IMG/VR virus record: IMGVR_UViG_3300030085_004215
Coordinates: 32,001-96,000 of that record
Length of the DNA: 64,000 nucleotides
Source of the DNA: a virus
Reading direction: 5' to 3' (one strand)
Below the pieces are notes generated by a model. The model did not search any database. It saw only the letters and a list, made by a program, of their open reading frames with translations, and was not told where the DNA came from. A program made the position numbers and the translations under genes. Position 1 is the stretch's first letter; each line of letters opens with the position of its first letter. Below are positions 17,620 through 26,527 of this stretch, piece by piece.

Positions 17620-18288
17620 TTATTCTAAAGTTTTTTGAAATTCTTCGAATGGTATATACTCGACTTCAAGTTCTTCTTTAACCTCTACTTCAAGTGGTAC
17701 TTTAAGTGTTTCCTGAATATTGACATTCTCGTCATTCTTTATATGGATATCACGAGGTATGTGGTCATCAATCACACTCACTAATGGTACATCTCTGTGT
17801 CTATACCAACCTTTCATAGTGGTTTGTAGTTCATATACACAATTCAAACAAAGGACTCGTAGGTTCTCTAACTTGGTATTTAGGTGGTCTTTGTCTATAA
17901 AATCCAATAGTAAAGGGTAGGTATCATCAGTTATGTGTGTGAAATCACACGGACAATTACTACACTTTTGTTCTAAATAACCCTCTTTAAAACATTTTTT
18001 CAGTAACACGGTCTCCCTATAGGGTGAGGGATTTTCACCTTGTAATATTTTTTTTAGGTCATAAGGTGATATACGAGTACTATTCCGTTTCCTAATCCCC
18101 TTACTGGAGGGTAGTGGGTTCCATAACCCGTATTCCTTACAATATTTTTTAAAGGTAATATAACTCATATTTAGGTATTCACTGGCCATTCTCATAGATT
18201 GGGTGGACTCTATGGCCCACTTTATCTTGTTTTCGGTGGGTCTTTTACTCGGACGACCAACATTACTATTTTTTATACTAATACCCAT
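17620..18288 (-). CDS. HTH plus degenerate HNH-fold protein
   Basis: SMRMASEYLNMSYITFKKY HTH; CSNC...LLDFIDKDHLNTKLENLRVLCLNC. Confidence 0.65.
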   Translation of the reverse strand: MGISIKNSNVGRPSKRPTENKIKWAIESTQSMRMASEYLNMSYITFKKYCKEYGLWNPLPSSKGIRKRNSTRISPYDLKKILQGENPSPYRETVLLKKCFKEGYLEQKCSNCPCDFTHITDDTYPLLLDFIDKDHLNTKLENLRVLCLNCVYELQTTMKGWYRHRDVPLVSVIDDHIPRDIHIKNDENVNIQETLKVPLEVEVKEELEVEYIPFEEFQKTLE

Positions 18289-18581
18289 GATAAAAATCCT
18301 TAAAATAATACTTGACTTTTAGATATAAATGGACAATATATTTTCATATTTATATCATCTTTATTATTATACCTATCTATGATAATAACTATCCCGATAG
18401 GGTAAAAAGTGGGTAGAAGTGGTTAATAATGTATAAGAAATTCGGTACACTACCATTTTCAGAATATTTCCACGAAGTGGTCCTTCAGGAAAAGTTCATG
18501 TATTATATTTATTTATAAGTGGAAACTTCTTCAGTATCGGAACCGTATAATCTATATATTCATAATCATTAAAGGAAAAAA

Positions 18582-18914
18582 ATGGAAACAATTAAAGAAT
18601 TTATAAACGAATACTCTTGGTTATTAGTGACAGGAGTAGGGTTATTATTGTTTCAAAACACCATAACTGAGATAGTTGAGGGAATTATGATATTCTTAGG
18701 TAATGATTATAATGAGGATGATGTTGTCGAAGTGGATGGTTCTCCTGGTCGTATAGTACGAGTGGGAATGTGGAAAACCGTATTCTTTATATATCATATC
18801 GTAGATGGTAAAGTAGTAGGTGGTAGTAAATTAGTTGTCGTGAATTCTAAACTAAAGGATTTAAAAATAGAGAAACCCCTACCCAACTTGGATTTATCTA
18901 AGTATCAAAAATGA
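18582..18914 (+). CDS. Small MscS-beta-domain-like membrane protein; only clear plus-strand gene
   Basis: TM segment then YNEDDVVEVDGSPGRIVRVGMWKT; AAGGA SD. Confidence 0.6.
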   Translation: METIKEFINEYSWLLVTGVGLLLFQNTITEIVEGIMIFLGNDYNEDDVVEVDGSPGRIVRVGMWKTVFFIYHIVDGKVVGGSKLVVVNSKLKDLKIEKPLPNLDLSKYQK

Positions 18915-19254
18915 GGTCTTTCCTATACAAGATATTGTTTTATGAGATTAACTTGTTTAAACATAAGAACAAAACCCTTGATTATTTAAACTCCAGAAAA
19001 CCACTTCGTATTCGTATACAAGAATATAATCAACTCCATAATAAATAAAGATACCCCAATCCAATCAATATCAAAATCACCATTTTAAAATACTCATAAT
19101 ACTCGTCTTGTTTTGAAAATTGAACTGGTCGTTTCTTCTTCTCTACCTTATCCCAATCACCTAATCTACCCATAAAACCACCACATTGCAATTATCCAAC
19201 CTAATGGTATACCTATTGAGATACCCATTAAAATATACTCTATTCCATTATCAT

Positions 19255-19545
19255 TCATTTTCTTTTCACCTCTACATCCAACATTCGACATAAATCCATT
19301 GTGAGATTATTGTATTCGGGATATTTCACTAAGGTTTCTAACAACTTATCAACATACTCAATTGGGATTGTATCGAGTTCGGGATACTCTATCAACATCA
19401 TACTCACTTGTAGAAATGTATGGATGGCCTCCTCTACCTCTTTTGGATGGCCTGGTTGAACTCCCTTTTTACCCGATTGATAATCCTTCATTAATCGTTC
19501 AAAATGTTCACGAAGTTCTTTTTCGTTGGGTTTATCGTTACTCAA
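19255..19545 (-). CDS. Hypothetical protein
   Basis: Probable TTG start after AAGGAAG, overlapping the upstream stop. Confidence 0.55.
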   Translation of the reverse strand: MSNDKPNEKELREHFERLMKDYQSGKKGVQPGHPKEVEEAIHTFLQVSMMLIEYPELDTIPIEYVDKLLETLVKYPEYNNLTMDLCRMLDVEVKRK

Positions 19546-19756
19546 CTTCTTCCTTATCCGTTGAGGTATCGTGAGTATTCCAATGATATTCACTTTCATA
19601 TTGAGGTGTTGAATTATATTCTTGTATTAATTGACCTCTCACTATACTTTCATCTTGTTCATTTAATTTAATATCTAAAAAATCCCAATCTATTGTGATA
19701 TTATCTTTAAGGTAGTCACGAATCATTTCGTATTTTTCTTTTAACTCTTCACTCAT
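19538..19756 (-). CDS. Hypothetical protein
   Basis: MSEELKEKYEM... after AGGA SD. Confidence 0.55.
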   Translation of the reverse strand: MSEELKEKYEMIRDYLKDNITIDWDFLDIKLNEQDESIVRGQLIQEYNSTPQYESEYHWNTHDTSTDKEEVE

Positions 19757-19962
19757 TATCTTTCCTATAACTTGGATTAACTCTTTTATTGAAATCCAAA
19801 GTGTGTTTATATTACTCTCTCTCAAGGTACTCTCCTTTCACGATTGACGATATTGATTTGGGTTGGTTCGTTAGAACCAATCCCATTAACTTATCGAGTC
19901 GTAACTTTGTTGGGTGATTCCACCTCTTATATATACATATATTTGTTTTGAAAAAATAGTCG

Positions 19963-21690
19963 TTACTTTGTTGTCAAATCGAATACTTTCATATTTTTCC
20001 ACCCATTTACTTTGGTGAGGTCTTTCTTATCAATAACCACTATTCTTTCCACACCTCTTACTTTGTAATGTGTATTACCATAATCTCTGATATTGGTTTT
20101 GAGTTTATTAAAATGGTTATCATTTTCTCCACCATGTACCCAAACCATAGTTCTGAAAGGTTTCATGTGGTCTGGAGTTTCCATCTGAATCCTGGCCAGA
20201 AATTCAGTATAGTGGTAATCATCCATTACATCTATCTGAAACTCTAACAAATCATATTTATCATTTTCATCCACTTGGTGAACCAAATCCAAATTATGTG
20301 GATACACTTTCTGTAAATCCTCTTTCCAACTACTATCTAATGTATCAACATTCCTGTCAAGTACTCTACCCATATTCAATAGTGTATTACTATGTAGTGG
20401 ATGAGTATCATCTTGTAGAATTTTTACAATTTCGGATACCTCATTCTTCTCTTGTGATGAATGTACGGTTCCTTTAGTTTTATGTTCCCAACCCATATCC
20501 AATACGAGTTTTCTCAAAAATGTTTTAATTTTCTCTTGAAATTTGGTATCACTAATCTTGGTCTTATCACGACCAGAGGGATTATCTGGAGATGAGGGTA
20601 GTATTTGGATAACTAATTTACGATAGTTATATCTTGAATCCCATGTACGAGTATGTTCACTATATAACCCAATTTCAAATAATCTAACCCTATTCGGTCC
20701 AAGTACATCAATGGTTGGGAAAGACCTATCTCCACCTTTGGAATCCCATAGAAATACATTATCCTCACCAACCCTATTCTTAAAATCCTCGAACTCGGCC
20801 GAGTTTTCAGGTGGTATCACATCCGTGTAATAAACTGATATATGATACTCCTTATCACCATCTTTAATTTTATGGAAATTACCTAAAACATCGTCCTCTT
20901 GGTTTACTGAGGGTATCATATCCTCAATAGTGGTAACAAGATTATCACCAAATACTGGTAAGTATAGTTTATTATTAGAACCAGTATTATCACCAATTTT
21001 GAAGTTTATACTAACATCAGTATTGTTGAATCTTCTACGAGTAAATTTTCTAATCTTGTAAAAATCAAAATTAAGACCTAAATCACTATATAGATTTATC
21101 TTATCGAAGAAACCAGTATATTCTCCACCTTGACCATGTAGTTTAAGAAAATCAACAAGACCAACAGAATAGAAATCTACTGAGATTCCTACACAATGAT
21201 TCATAAATTGTCTTTTAGAAATATTATGAATATCATCCTCTAAAAAATTCTGATTATCGAATTCATAATTAAATTTACCAATGATATAAGTATCACCAGA
21301 AATTTTGAAACCAACATAATCTCTAATCCCAATTTGATACATCCCTAATGAACCACCAATTCCGGCCAGGTCAATAGAGTAATCACTTGGTTTTTTCTTT
21401 TTACCAGTTTTTCTTCTGATAAAGTTACTTATCACAAAATTCATTCCAGAGTTTTCATCAACCACCTCTGGTCGTTTTGTTAATCCAACACCATTATCCG
21501 AATGGATAAATATATTATTATCAATATGGTTAAGAATCTTTCTTGATTCATAATCAAATGAGTTATCGTCTTGTTCGGCCGAGATATTCTCATCGGTGAA
21601 ATCGTTCTCCAATGGTTGGACAGTAATCCAACTATGTAAATCTTCACCAATATCATAACTACCGATTTTGTTTAATTTTGAAAAATCCAT
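19963..21690 (-). CDS. Large hypothetical protein with divergent GHKL-ATPase-like N-terminus
   Basis: QPLEND (N-box-like), SDNGVG (G1), AGIGG (G2); own early promoter. Confidence 0.5.
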   Translation of the reverse strand: MDFSKLNKIGSYDIGEDLHSWITVQPLENDFTDENISAEQDDNSFDYESRKILNHIDNNIFIHSDNGVGLTKRPEVVDENSGMNFVISNFIRRKTGKKKKPSDYSIDLAGIGGSLGMYQIGIRDYVGFKISGDTYIIGKFNYEFDNQNFLEDDIHNISKRQFMNHCVGISVDFYSVGLVDFLKLHGQGGEYTGFFDKINLYSDLGLNFDFYKIRKFTRRRFNNTDVSINFKIGDNTGSNNKLYLPVFGDNLVTTIEDMIPSVNQEDDVLGNFHKIKDGDKEYHISVYYTDVIPPENSAEFEDFKNRVGEDNVFLWDSKGGDRSFPTIDVLGPNRVRLFEIGLYSEHTRTWDSRYNYRKLVIQILPSSPDNPSGRDKTKISDTKFQEKIKTFLRKLVLDMGWEHKTKGTVHSSQEKNEVSEIVKILQDDTHPLHSNTLLNMGRVLDRNVDTLDSSWKEDLQKVYPHNLDLVHQVDENDKYDLLEFQIDVMDDYHYTEFLARIQMETPDHMKPFRTMVWVHGGENDNHFNKLKTNIRDYGNTHYKVRGVERIVVIDKKDLTKVNGWKNMKVFDLTTK

Positions 21691-21728
21691 TTCTTAATTC
21701 CTTGTATTTTCTTTATTTATTATACCTA

Positions 21729-21758
21729 AATATACGAACAAAAACATATATGTGTCAA
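21729..21758 (-). promoter_or_regulatory. Early promoter (copy 6)
   Basis: TTGACA-N18-TATATT. Confidence 0.8.
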
Positions 21759-22210
21759 GAGTTTTTTTCATAAATTTTTATTTTATGGTACATTTTATTT
21801 AAGGCCTCTTTTTGTTTCGGTGTAACCCGACCATATCGTTTTACCCCTTTTAGAACACTAGTCAAAAAGGATAAACTACTATCTTTCCATTTATCAGTAC
21901 CATCGGCCTCTTTTACTAAAAACATCAACTTAGTTATTTTTTCTTCTATACTCTGTATCTTCTCAACTCGTTTTGGGTCGTCATTTTCTTTTCTCCATTT
22001 CACATAACCATCTATAATTTTTTGGATTGCCGATTCCATCTTAGGTGTTATAGTTCTACCACCACTAATTGCATTAGTCATACTATGGACAAATTCCTTG
22101 TAACCGTCATTCATATAGTAATCACCGTCTGAGATGATGTAACTCAGTTGTTGGTGTTGTTTTTTGAATTTGTCCATATTATCGACAATCCTATGAGGGA
22201 CTTTACTCAC
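21755..22210 (-). CDS. Hypothetical protein with internal duplication
   Basis: Repeated F(V/L)xS...GR/x-TPK helical units. Confidence 0.6.
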   Translation of the reverse strand: MSKVPHRIVDNMDKFKKQHQQLSYIISDGDYYMNDGYKEFVHSMTNAISGGRTITPKMESAIQKIIDGYVKWRKENDDPKRVEKIQSIEEKITKLMFLVKEADGTDKWKDSSLSFLTSVLKGVKRYGRVTPKQKEALNKMYHKIKIYEKNS

Positions 22211-22214
22211 TTAC

Positions 22215-22415
22215 TTAGAAATCCTCCAGGAGTTCATCAAGTTCACTATCCATTCCATCAAAATCATTGATGAATCCATCATTCAATGTATCGAACATCA
22301 CATTATCCATCTTCATATCGTCAAGTGACATTTTTTTGGTTCCATATCCAACATCTTTAGTAGATGTATGTTTTTTGAGTTTTTTTGGTTTATTGACCAT
22401 TTTGTTTTTCTTCAT
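22215..22415 (-). CDS. Small hypothetical protein (basic N-terminus, acidic C-terminus)
   Basis: Start MKKNKM after AAGGA SD and promoter copy 7. Confidence 0.6.
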   Translation of the reverse strand: MKKNKMVNKPKKLKKHTSTKDVGYGTKKMSLDDMKMDNVMFDTLNDGFINDFDGMDSELDELLEDF

Positions 22416-22441
22416 TGTTTTTCCTTTATTTATCATGGTTA

Positions 22442-22471
22442 AATATACAAAACTTTTACTATATGTGTCAA
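22442..22471 (-). promoter_or_regulatory. Early promoter (copy 7)
   Basis: TTGACA-N18-TATATT. Confidence 0.8.
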
Positions 22472-22509
22472 GTGTTTTTTTCACTTTTTTAATTTTTTTT
22501 TTCGTAAGG

Positions 22510-23024
22510 AGTTGGTGGGAAGTACTCCGCCCTCCCACCATATGAGAATCAGAACTAACTACCGATATTAATTTCGCCACCTCGGTAGAGGGTGACCTTA
22601 AATCTTTCGATTGATGTCCGATGTGCTCTTCCGTTCCACCTCGGTAAAACATTTTCTACAAAGGGTCTGTGTTCCCTATAGAAGTAATCAAACCATGTAC
22701 CATCAATCTAAATCTTAGTGTTGGACTGGTTCTCCTCTTTATTCGCGAGTTCAAGGATATTCCGAGTTGTCCGTAGACTTTCATTTTAAGGTTCTCACAC
22801 CACTCAATCCCTACTCCTCTTTCGTGAACTGAGCCAACAAAATCTTTGGTGGTCTTTGTCTATGAGTTCCACCTTCTCTCATCTGCCTCATTATTCTTGA
22901 TTCTACCGAGGACTTTAGTAGAACCCCACATTCTTCTTACCCTATCCCGTCTTTACCCAATGTGGTAGGTGGGATTCAACAGGTTTTCATTAGTTCATCG
23001 GTTTATTTTCTCCTCATTTATCAT
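22510..23024 (-). ncRNA. Candidate large structured non-coding RNA (~480-510 nt)
   Basis: Own promoter, no credible ORF, series of hairpins incl. AAUC-GAAA-GAUU and a terminal 10-bp stem (22513-22540). Confidence 0.55.
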
Positions 23025-23029
23025 ACCTA

Positions 23030-23059
23030 AATATACGGCTTTTTTACTATATAAGTCAA
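23030..23059 (-). promoter_or_regulatory. Early promoter (copy 8)
   Basis: TTGACT-N18-TATATT; -35/spacer/-10 identical to copy 2. Confidence 0.8.
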
Positions 23060-23225
23060 GTACTTTTTTCATTTTTTTTCAATTTTTTTTTATCATTAAT
23101 ATCTAAATCTATTACACACCCTAAACAAATTTCTGGATAAAAAATCATTTTACCATCTAATGGACCAGAACAAACCTTACAAGTAATTTCTTCCAGTCCG
23201 ATAGTCATTAATGGTTTTTTCATTT

Positions 23226-23570
23226 TTAAAACAATTCTCCATTTACTTGGATTAAATCTTGTGTTAATGTACTTGGTTCATCAAAAGATGAAGTGATAAA
23301 TGGACCATCTTCATCTACATCTACATCCCATCCACACCCAACTCTGGCCATTACTTCGTCTACGATTTTATCCTCACCAAATGCAAGTTTATCAAACCAG
23401 TCGTACTTCATATCTAATACTGAAGTAGGATTACTGAAATCAATATCACCATTTTCTAAAATTTTAAAGACATTACCATTAATGGTATCAATTACAGAAT
23501 GGACTTGAAATAAAACTTTTATTTCACTTGTGTCACGATTGTTGTTTTCTAAATATGTTTCTAAGTTCAT
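23226..23570 (-). CDS. Hypothetical early protein
   Basis: Second Met after AAGGA SD; own promoter. Confidence 0.65.
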   Translation of the reverse strand: MNLETYLENNNRDTSEIKVLFQVHSVIDTINGNVFKILENGDIDFSNPTSVLDMKYDWFDKLAFGEDKIVDEVMARVGCGWDVDVDEDGPFITSSFDEPSTLTQDLIQVNGELF

Positions 23571-23596
23571 TATTTTTCCTTTATTTTTCATACCTT

Positions 23597-23626
23597 AATA
23601 TACAAAAGAAATACTATATAAGTCAA
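23597..23626 (-). promoter_or_regulatory. Early promoter (copy 9)
   Basis: TTGACT-N18-TATATT. Confidence 0.8.
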
Positions 23627-23635
23627 GTACTTTTT

Positions 23636-23995
23636 TTAATTTTTTTCAGAAAGTTTTGAAAAATATTCATCCTTACTGATACCCAGTCTACCATTAGTTT
23701 TTCTACCCCAAGTAAACTCACTCTTTAGTTTTTTGTTAGACAATACATTAACAAAAAACTCATTAGTTGGATTCTCACAAACAAACTCATAGTTTTTTAA
23801 GAATCTATCCACACCATTCATATCACTACTTTTTGTGAAATACATTCTTTCATATGGTAAATTTACAGTACTCATAGACAATTTGAAATTCTTGAAATAC
23901 TTATTGTACTCAACTCCGACATGTTGGATAGTACCACTTCTTTTATTTACCCAATAAGTGTAAGTACCTTCTTTTAGATGTTTTCTTGTATTCAT
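23636..23995 (-). CDS. Hypothetical early protein
   Basis: Second Met after AAGGA SD; contains no Ala. Confidence 0.65.
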   Translation of the reverse strand: MNTRKHLKEGTYTYWVNKRSGTIQHVGVEYNKYFKNFKLSMSTVNLPYERMYFTKSSDMNGVDRFLKNYEFVCENPTNEFFVNVLSNKKLKSEFTWGRKTNGRLGISKDEYFSKLSEKN

Positions 23996-24021
23996 TATTT
24001 TTTCCTTATTTTTCATACCTT

Positions 24022-24051
24022 AATATACTAAAGAAATAGTATATGTGTCAA
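24022..24051 (-). promoter_or_regulatory. Early promoter (copy 10)
   Basis: TTGACA-N18-TATATT. Confidence 0.8.
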
Positions 24052-24068
24052 GTGTTTTTTTCATTTTT

Positions 24069-24413
24069 TTATAAATAATTTGGACCCGTCCAACTATAAT
24101 AATCTTGGTTCTTATCAAAGATATTACCACGAGTATGTTTTGCTGCTGCATTATATCCTGCGGCCTTGAATACATCACCACACTTCATAGGTAGACCTTT
24201 ATGTTGTCCATCTACTTTTGCAACAAATCCCCAAACACGATTCCTCTCTACAATCTTGTCGAACTTACGACCTGGTTTTATGTCTAATTCTAAATCTCTG
24301 GCATGAGTATGTTTAGACCAGTTGTGATAACTCGTTTGAATACCTTTCAATAGGTTTTCAACACCTGTTTTGTAATCGTTTTTTGGTGGTAATGGTTTAA
24401 TTCCGTTAATCAT
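24069..24413 (-). CDS. Conserved phage early hypothetical protein
   Basis: GRKFDKIV...VWGFV...GDVFKAAGYNAAAKHTRGNI motif seen in T4-like marine phages; AAGGAG SD. Confidence 0.7.
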   Translation of the reverse strand: MINGIKPLPPKNDYKTGVENLLKGIQTSYHNWSKHTHARDLELDIKPGRKFDKIVERNRVWGFVAKVDGQHKGLPMKCGDVFKAAGYNAAAKHTRGNIFDKNQDYYSWTGPNYL

Positions 24414-24439
24414 TATTTTCTCCTTATTTTTGATACCTT

Positions 24440-24469
24440 AATATACGAAGAAAATATAATACGAGTCAA
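24440..24469 (-). promoter_or_regulatory. Early promoter (copy 11)
   Basis: TTGACT-N18-TATATT. Confidence 0.8.
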
Positions 24470-24517
24470 GTACTTTTTTTATATTTTTTGAAGTTTTTTA
24501 ATGAATGGAATAAAACT

Positions 24518-24802
24518 TTATTTGTATAACATTTCCCATAGGTTTTTCAGAAAAAGTGATAGAAAACCAACTCCGATGACACCTCTCCATTTTGTCGTAT
24601 TTTCTCTGAATTGAGTATTCTGTTTTGTCTCTGCCCATAATCCCTCGTGTGGATTAAATAGATTCTCCTTCAAAAACCTTAATGATTCATCTGTCCTACC
24701 ATGTGCCATGGACATTTCGTGTTTCAACTCATCAAGTTTTTTTTCAATTGAATCAATCTTATTATGGACTAAATCAAATTCTTTTCTATCGGCTTGGTTC
24801 AC
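24518..24802 (-). CDS. Coiled-coil protein with C-terminal TM helix
   Basis: Heptad pattern then WRGVIGVGFLSLFL. Confidence 0.6.
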   Translation of the reverse strand: MNQADRKEFDLVHNKIDSIEKKLDELKHEMSMAHGRTDESLRFLKENLFNPHEGLWAETKQNTQFRENTTKWRGVIGVGFLSLFLKNLWEMLYK

Positions 24803-24846
24803 CTTAACATACCCCTATGTTTAGTTGATAATAAATACTGTATATA

Positions 24847-25044
24847 TTAATTTCTGTACTTTCTTGGAGTTGGTTTTTTTGGTTTATATCCACTTTCTAA
24901 AACTTTTTTATCTTCAATCAAGTTATCAATCAATCTGTTCTTTCTTTCCATAGATTTTATAGTGAATAAACCCATTGACAAACCACCCATTATTACTCCA
25001 ATAATAATACCACAAAAAAATGCCAACCAAATAGGATTAATCAT
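24847..25044 (-). CDS. Small single-TM protein
   Basis: N-terminal hydrophobic helix. Confidence 0.55.
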   Translation of the reverse strand: MINPIWLAFFCGIIIGVIMGGLSMGLFTIKSMERKNRLIDNLIEDKKVLESGYKPKKPTPRKYRN

Positions 25045-25148
25045 TTTGTCTTTGATGTTCGTATAACACTAATACATACATTAAAACACATCCCATTGCG
25101 ATTAGTCCTACTGGAACCACATTAAGATATATTATTAAAATTGCCTCA

Positions 25149-25337
25149 CTAATCGTCATCTGTTTCCTCGTTGGTTAAATACTCAGAATCTTGATGTACC
25201 ACAATGACACTTCCACTTTCTTCACTTGGATTATCTTCATAATCTTTACGAAGTTCTATGGCCTCTTTTTCAATCTCTATCGAAAGGTTTTCAAGTTCTT
25301 TTAATTGTTCTTGTGTTAAAATTGGTTCTTTACTCAT
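25149..25337 (-). CDS. Small acidic hypothetical protein
   Basis: ATGA coupling. Confidence 0.55.
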   Translation of the reverse strand: MSKEPILTQEQLKELENLSIEIEKEAIELRKDYEDNPSEESGSVIVVHQDSEYLTNEETDDD

Positions 25338-25591
25338 CCTAATAACCTATCTTCATCATCAACTATATCTTTATCTTCTTTCCACCATTCTACCTGTCTA
25401 TTCTGTAATGATGACCTCAATCCTAAATCAAAATCATTTTCAGTCTGTACTTTCCATAATTTATCAAATTCACTTTCATCTATCTGTTTTCGTTTAACAA
25501 AATAGGTTTTTGCACCCGATATACCAACATCATCCGATAAATCAACTTTATCAATTATCTCATCAAATTTATTAACTAATAAATACTTCAA
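25334..25591 (-). CDS. Hypothetical protein
   Basis: AGGAG SD with TTG start. Confidence 0.6.
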   Translation of the reverse strand: MKYLLVNKFDEIIDKVDLSDDVGISGAKTYFVKRKQIDESEFDKLWKVQTENDFDLGLRSSLQNRQVEWWKEDKDIVDDEDRLLG

Positions 25592-25603
25592 CTCAAACTC
25601 CTT

Positions 25604-26140
25604 TTATTCAAGGACGATACCAATCATATCCCAACTCTCTCTATTGTATTGTGCACCGACCCATAGTGTATCACCAATCATATTTTGGACTGGTGCAATC
25701 ATATTTACAACCTCACCATCATCACTATAACTGGCATAATTACTCGTTCTAACTTCATGACCAACAAAATGTGTTATATAAGTGGTATCATAACCGACCC
25801 ATTGTACTTCATCACTTAACCCACCATGAACATAATAACCCATAGTATCACCAACATGCCAATATAGATTACTTTCGAAATACACTTTCCATCTATCAAC
25901 TGCCCCATCTTGGTCTGTTAAGAACCCCTCTAACCTATGTAATGTTTGCCATTTAAATCTATTGATTGTAAGATGATATAATCCGTTATCATCTTGTGGT
26001 AAACCCACTGTCCAAACAAATTCAAATTCTCGTTCCTCCTCATAGTGTTTATCTTCACACCCTATGAATATGAATAGACTAACGAGAACTATTCTTTTTA
26101 TTAATCTTGAATGTCTTTGAATCTTTTTTACTAAATTCAT
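25604..26140 (-). CDS. Putative lipoprotein
   Basis: Basic N-region, hydrophobic stretch, FIG-C lipobox. Confidence 0.55.
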   Translation of the reverse strand: MNLVKKIQRHSRLIKRIVLVSLFIFIGCEDKHYEEEREFEFVWTVGLPQDDNGLYHLTINRFKWQTLHRLEGFLTDQDGAVDRWKVYFESNLYWHVGDTMGYYVHGGLSDEVQWVGYDTTYITHFVGHEVRTSNYASYSDDGEVVNMIAPVQNMIGDTLWVGAQYNRESWDMIGIVLE

Positions 26141-26246
26141 TGTAACTCTTCCTTTTCTTTTTTGGTTTTTTCTTTGTTTGGATTGTTTCTCTGAAGGCCT
26201 CTTCTTCGAGTTCTTCCCAATCCAAATTGTTATGAAATTTACTCAT
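26079..26246 (-). CDS. Small charged hypothetical protein (55 aa)
   Basis: MSKFHNNLDWEELEEEAF...; AAGGAG SD right after promoter copy 12. Confidence 0.55.
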   Translation of the reverse strand: MSKFHNNLDWEELEEEAFRETIQTKKKPKKKRKSYNEFSKKDSKTFKINKKNSSR

Positions 26247-26258
26247 TTACAACTCCTT

Positions 26259-26288
26259 AATATAACACCAAAAATACATACGAGTCAA
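26259..26288 (-). promoter_or_regulatory. Early promoter (copy 12)
   Basis: TTGACT-N18-TATATT. Confidence 0.75.
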
Positions 26289-26527
26289 CGCTTTTTTACT
26301 CTTAATTTCTCTATGAAACTTAAAAACTCTTCTATACTATAAGTAGTACCCTGGTCATCGAAAATACTAAAATTTTCTAATGATTCTGGTTGGTTGTGAA
26401 TCAGATTGTGTAGTGCAAGCATACCATCTCCTGCATACCAAGTTCCTAAACTCTCTTCACCTAAAATATTAGAATCAAACATTAAATTTTCTTTAGATTC
26501 ATTTTTCCCTAATATGAAAAACGTCAT
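26285..26527 (-). CDS. Hypothetical protein
   Basis: Coupled ORF. Confidence 0.55.
   Translation of the reverse strand: MTFFILGKNESKENLMFDSNILGEESLGTWYAGDGMLALHNLIHNQPESLENFSIFDDQGTTYSIEEFLSFIEKLRVKKR

Noticed and set aside
22505-22545. 3' end resembling tmRNA (TTCCCACCAACTCC)
   Set aside because: No T-loop GTTCGA, no matching 5' GGGGC acceptor strand, no tag-like ORF identified
22416-22652. N-terminal extension of ORF 22215..22652
   Set aside because: It runs through hairpins and a promoter; the SD-led start is at 22415
22924-22958. Four G-tracts in the ncRNA candidate as a G-quadruplex
   Set aside because: One loop is 12 nt and the last tract competes with a good Watson-Crick stem; too weak to claim
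21720-24480. Recurring ~45-bp sequence as a CRISPR array or REP/MITE element
   Set aside because: Copies are separated by whole genes at irregular spacing and resolve into -35/-10 promoter elements
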